Shown piece by piece: positions 61,630-64,000 of a DNA stretch of 64,000 nt. A program made the position numbers and the translations under genes. This stretch comes from an uncultured Nitrososphaeraceae archaeon. GTDB taxonomy: Archaea; Thermoproteota; Nitrososphaeria; Nitrososphaerales; Nitrososphaeraceae. How positions within the stretch are numbered: position 1 is the first letter of the stretch; every line of letters begins with the position of its first letter. Under the pieces are notes generated by a model that did no database searches, was not told where the DNA came from, and worked only from the letters and a program-made list of their open reading frames with translations. The stretch is from contig CAWGVG010000029.1 of the NCBI GenBank assembly GCA_963825865.1, forward strand, positions 1-64,000, given 5' to 3'.

Positions 61630-62694
61630 TTAAATTACATAGACAGATTTGGCTAGTTCCAATGCGGATTGTTTGTCTAGTTTTAATTTGCTTAGAATTG
61701 TATACCTTTCAGGTCTAAGTGATTGTGCAGTTAGCAGCGATCTGATTACCTGATCTTCATTCAATTTGATCTGTTTTGCCTTTGTGGGAGCACCAACGTT
61801 TTGCAATGTTTCAACTATCCTTTCCCAATCAAGACCATGTAGTTTGGCCATCATAATAGTGCCTAAACCTACACGCTCGCCATGTAATCCACAATCCTGA
61901 CCTGCAACGTATTCTAACGCATGACTAAAGAGATGTTCTGCGCCTGAACATGGTCTGCTACTTCCTGCAATACAGGCTGCAACTCCTGCGCTGATTAATG
62001 CCTCTACAACTGTTCTAATACCAAACCTATTTTTTTGTAGTAATTTTTGTGACTCATCTAAAATAATTTTTGCACTCATATATGCAAGGTTGGCAGCATA
62101 GCTTCCAAAATATTCATTTTTCTCTTCTTTTGCAAGTTCCCAGTCTTTAACCGCAGTTAATTTTGCAACAAGGTCTCCACATCCACTTGCTAACAATCGC
62201 ATTGGTGCCTCAGAAAGCAAATGAGTATCAGCTAATACTCCAATAGGGGTATTTACTTTGACTGAGTATGGCTTGTCGGTACCTCTTATTGAAACAAAAG
62301 GGCTAGAAATTCCATCATGGGAAGCGGAAGTAGGGACGCTAACTAATGGTTTATTTAACTTAAAAGCAGTCATTTTGGCAACATCAACGGAGCGTCCTCC
62401 GCCAAGCCCGATTATAACATCTGGAATACGGTCTCCAATCTTCTTTTGTAACTTATTTACAGAATTCATAGATGCATCATTCACAATGAACCAAGATTCT
62501 TCCAAAGAACATTTAAGAACTGATGACCTGCAGGCTGCACCTGTCCTTGCTTTTACAATGTTGCCTGTTATAATGCCAACCTTTGAGGCATTACTATCAA
62601 GATCCGTGATAAAATAACCAAGTTGAGAAATTACGTCATCCCCTATCAATATCTTCCTTGGTAATTCCATCAAATGAGTAAAGGGTGAACTCAA
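61630..62694 (-). CDS. egsA: sn-glycerol-1-phosphate dehydrogenase
   Basis: GLGGGRSVDVAK, PTSASHDG, SGAEHLFSHAL, LHGE. Confidence 0.95.
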   Translation of the reverse strand: MSSPFTHLMELPRKILIGDDVISQLGYFITDLDSNASKVGIITGNIVKARTGAACRSSVLKCSLEESWFIVNDASMNSVNKLQKKIGDRIPDVIIGLGGGRSVDVAKMTAFKLNKPLVSVPTSASHDGISSPFVSIRGTDKPYSVKVNTPIGVLADTHLLSEAPMRLLASGCGDLVAKLTAVKDWELAKEEKNEYFGSYAANLAYMSAKIILDESQKLLQKNRFGIRTVVEALISAGVAACIAGSSRPCSGAEHLFSHALEYVAGQDCGLHGERVGLGTIMMAKLHGLDWERIVETLQNVGAPTKAKQIKLNEDQVIRSLLTAQSLRPERYTILSKLKLDKQSALELAKSVYVI

Positions 62695-62903
62695 TGCAAA
62701 AACCGTAGGAATGAGATATATTTAATGTTGTAGTATTCTTATTAGAAGAAATAAATAGACCATATTTTGTAAGGTAAATAAACATTTAGAGTAGCAAAAA
62801 ACTGAAAACTTGTATTTTACTCAAACCTTATTTTCTATTCACTCTTGTTAAAATAATGAGAATTAACTGTTGCTAGGTTCTTCTTAGCTCTTAGTGTCGA
62901 GTC

Positions 62904-63416
62904 TTACTGTTCGTCAGTTGTTGTTGTTTCTTCATCCAATTCAGCCGATGGAACTTCTGTTGTAGTTGTTGTTTCTTCATCCAATTCAGCCGATGGAACT
63001 TCTGTTGTAGTTGTTGTTTCTTCAGCTGTATTTTCAGATTGACTTGCAATTTCAGCAGTGGCATACCCTCTTCCTACTTTTGTAATTCTTATTCTGACAT
63101 TATCTCCAACTTTTGTACCCGCTACAAAGATTACCAAGCCTTCGACTTTTGCCACACCTGCATCGCCTCTTTTGCTCATAGATTCAATCTTGACATCAAA
63201 TTCTTCCCCTACTTTAACTGGTGCTGGCCTAAATGGTCTTGGACCTCCAAAACCTCCACGTCCTCTTCCACCATATCCGCCACCGCCACCATATCCGCCA
63301 CCGCCACCATATCCGCCACCGCCACCATATCCGCCACCGCCACCATATCCTCTATCACTACGGTAGCCGCCACCACCTCCACTCGGTCCGCTAGTATGTG
63401 AATCTCTATTTTCCAA
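62904..63416 (-). CDS. TRAM-domain RNA-binding protein with Gly-rich N-terminal and acidic C-terminal repeats
   Basis: PVKVGEEFDVKIE..GDAGVAKVEGLVIFV; 18-bp x4 and 39-bp x2 repeats. Confidence 0.9.
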   Translation of the reverse strand: MENRDSHTSGPSGGGGGYRSDRGYGGGGGYGGGGGYGGGGGYGGGGGYGGRGRGGFGGPRPFRPAPVKVGEEFDVKIESMSKRGDAGVAKVEGLVIFVAGTKVGDNVRIRITKVGRGYATAEIASQSENTAEETTTTTEVPSAELDEETTTTTEVPSAELDEETTTTDEQ

Positions 63417-63627
63417 ACTATATCAGTAAGATAGTATAAATCAACTTAGTATTTCAACTTTAATGTTTTGCTGCCGAAAATTCCTCTATATTTTTTATTT
63501 CCTCGTTCCTTTGAACTTTAAGAAGCGAAACGTTCTTTAAATGGCAGTGCACATAAATCGACGTATTATCTTCAGCAGGTGCATTCTGTACTAATCTTAC
63601 ATCCAAATAATCGGTGATTAAATCCCT

Positions 63628-64000
63628 ATGCAACGTAAACCGCCATATCATGAATCCACAAGCCAAAATATTATGGCAATAATACTGAATAGTCTTCCTA
63701 GTGAATCAGGACTTACCAAAGTGGAATATGAAGGTCCGCGTATTGCTCTTTATTCTAAAAATCCGAGCTATCTCATACAGAATACTCAAATCGTTTCTAA
63801 TATGGTCAATACAATAAAGAAAAGAATTGTTGTTCGTACTGACGAATCAATACGAAAATCAGAAGAGGAATCGATTGAAATTCTAAACAAGACTATCCCA
63901 AAAGACATTGGAATAACTGAAACCTTCTTTGACCAAGCATTAGGTGAGGCTGTAATATTTGTTGAAAAGCCTTCATTGCTTACAAATATAAGTGAAGATT
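63628..64000 (+). CDS. Beta-CASP ribonuclease aCPSF1, 5' part
   Basis: Manual translation TKVEYEGPRIALYSKNP...IKKRIVVRTD (KH-domain start). Confidence 0.88.
   Translation, partial: MQRKPPYHESTSQNIMAIILNSLPSESGLTKVEYEGPRIALYSKNPSYLIQNTQIVSNMVNTIKKRIVVRTDESIRKSEEESIEILNKTIPKDIGITETFFDQALGEAVIFVEKPSLLTNISED

Noticed and set aside
63039-63401. Pro-rich and ISATAT repeat ORFs on the plus strand
   Set aside because: Antisense shadows of the Gly-rich repeats of the TRAM gene

Overview
AT-rich archaeal DNA, most likely from a soil ammonia-oxidising archaeon (Nitrososphaerales; inferred from egsA, aCPSF1, the TRAM protein, the archaeal FKBP and the repeated HTH families). (1) ~0.6-11.2 kb is an integrated mobile element: tRNA-like remnant, tyrosine integrase, RHH/AbrB-like regulators, a frameshifted MCM helicase, a putative phage-type ssDNA-binding protein and cargo (nucleotide cyclase, pdaD fragment, HEPN-like protein). 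(2) ~12-35.5 kb is a mosaic of IS elements, gene shards and repeated HTH modules. (3) ~36-48 kb and 58-64 kb are mostly housekeeping genes. (4) ~54.3-57.05 kb is a decayed second copy of the same element. The main finding is an iteron-like inverted-repeat system inside the MCM gene. Units of (ATCTGACnn)2-3, a 50-nt spacer and (GTCAGATnn)2-3 occur four times in the coding region, and both orientations encode S/T-D. The unit recurs as free-standing cassettes in both element copies, and once with a different motif. Many single-base frameshifts, including in core genes, may be assembly errors.
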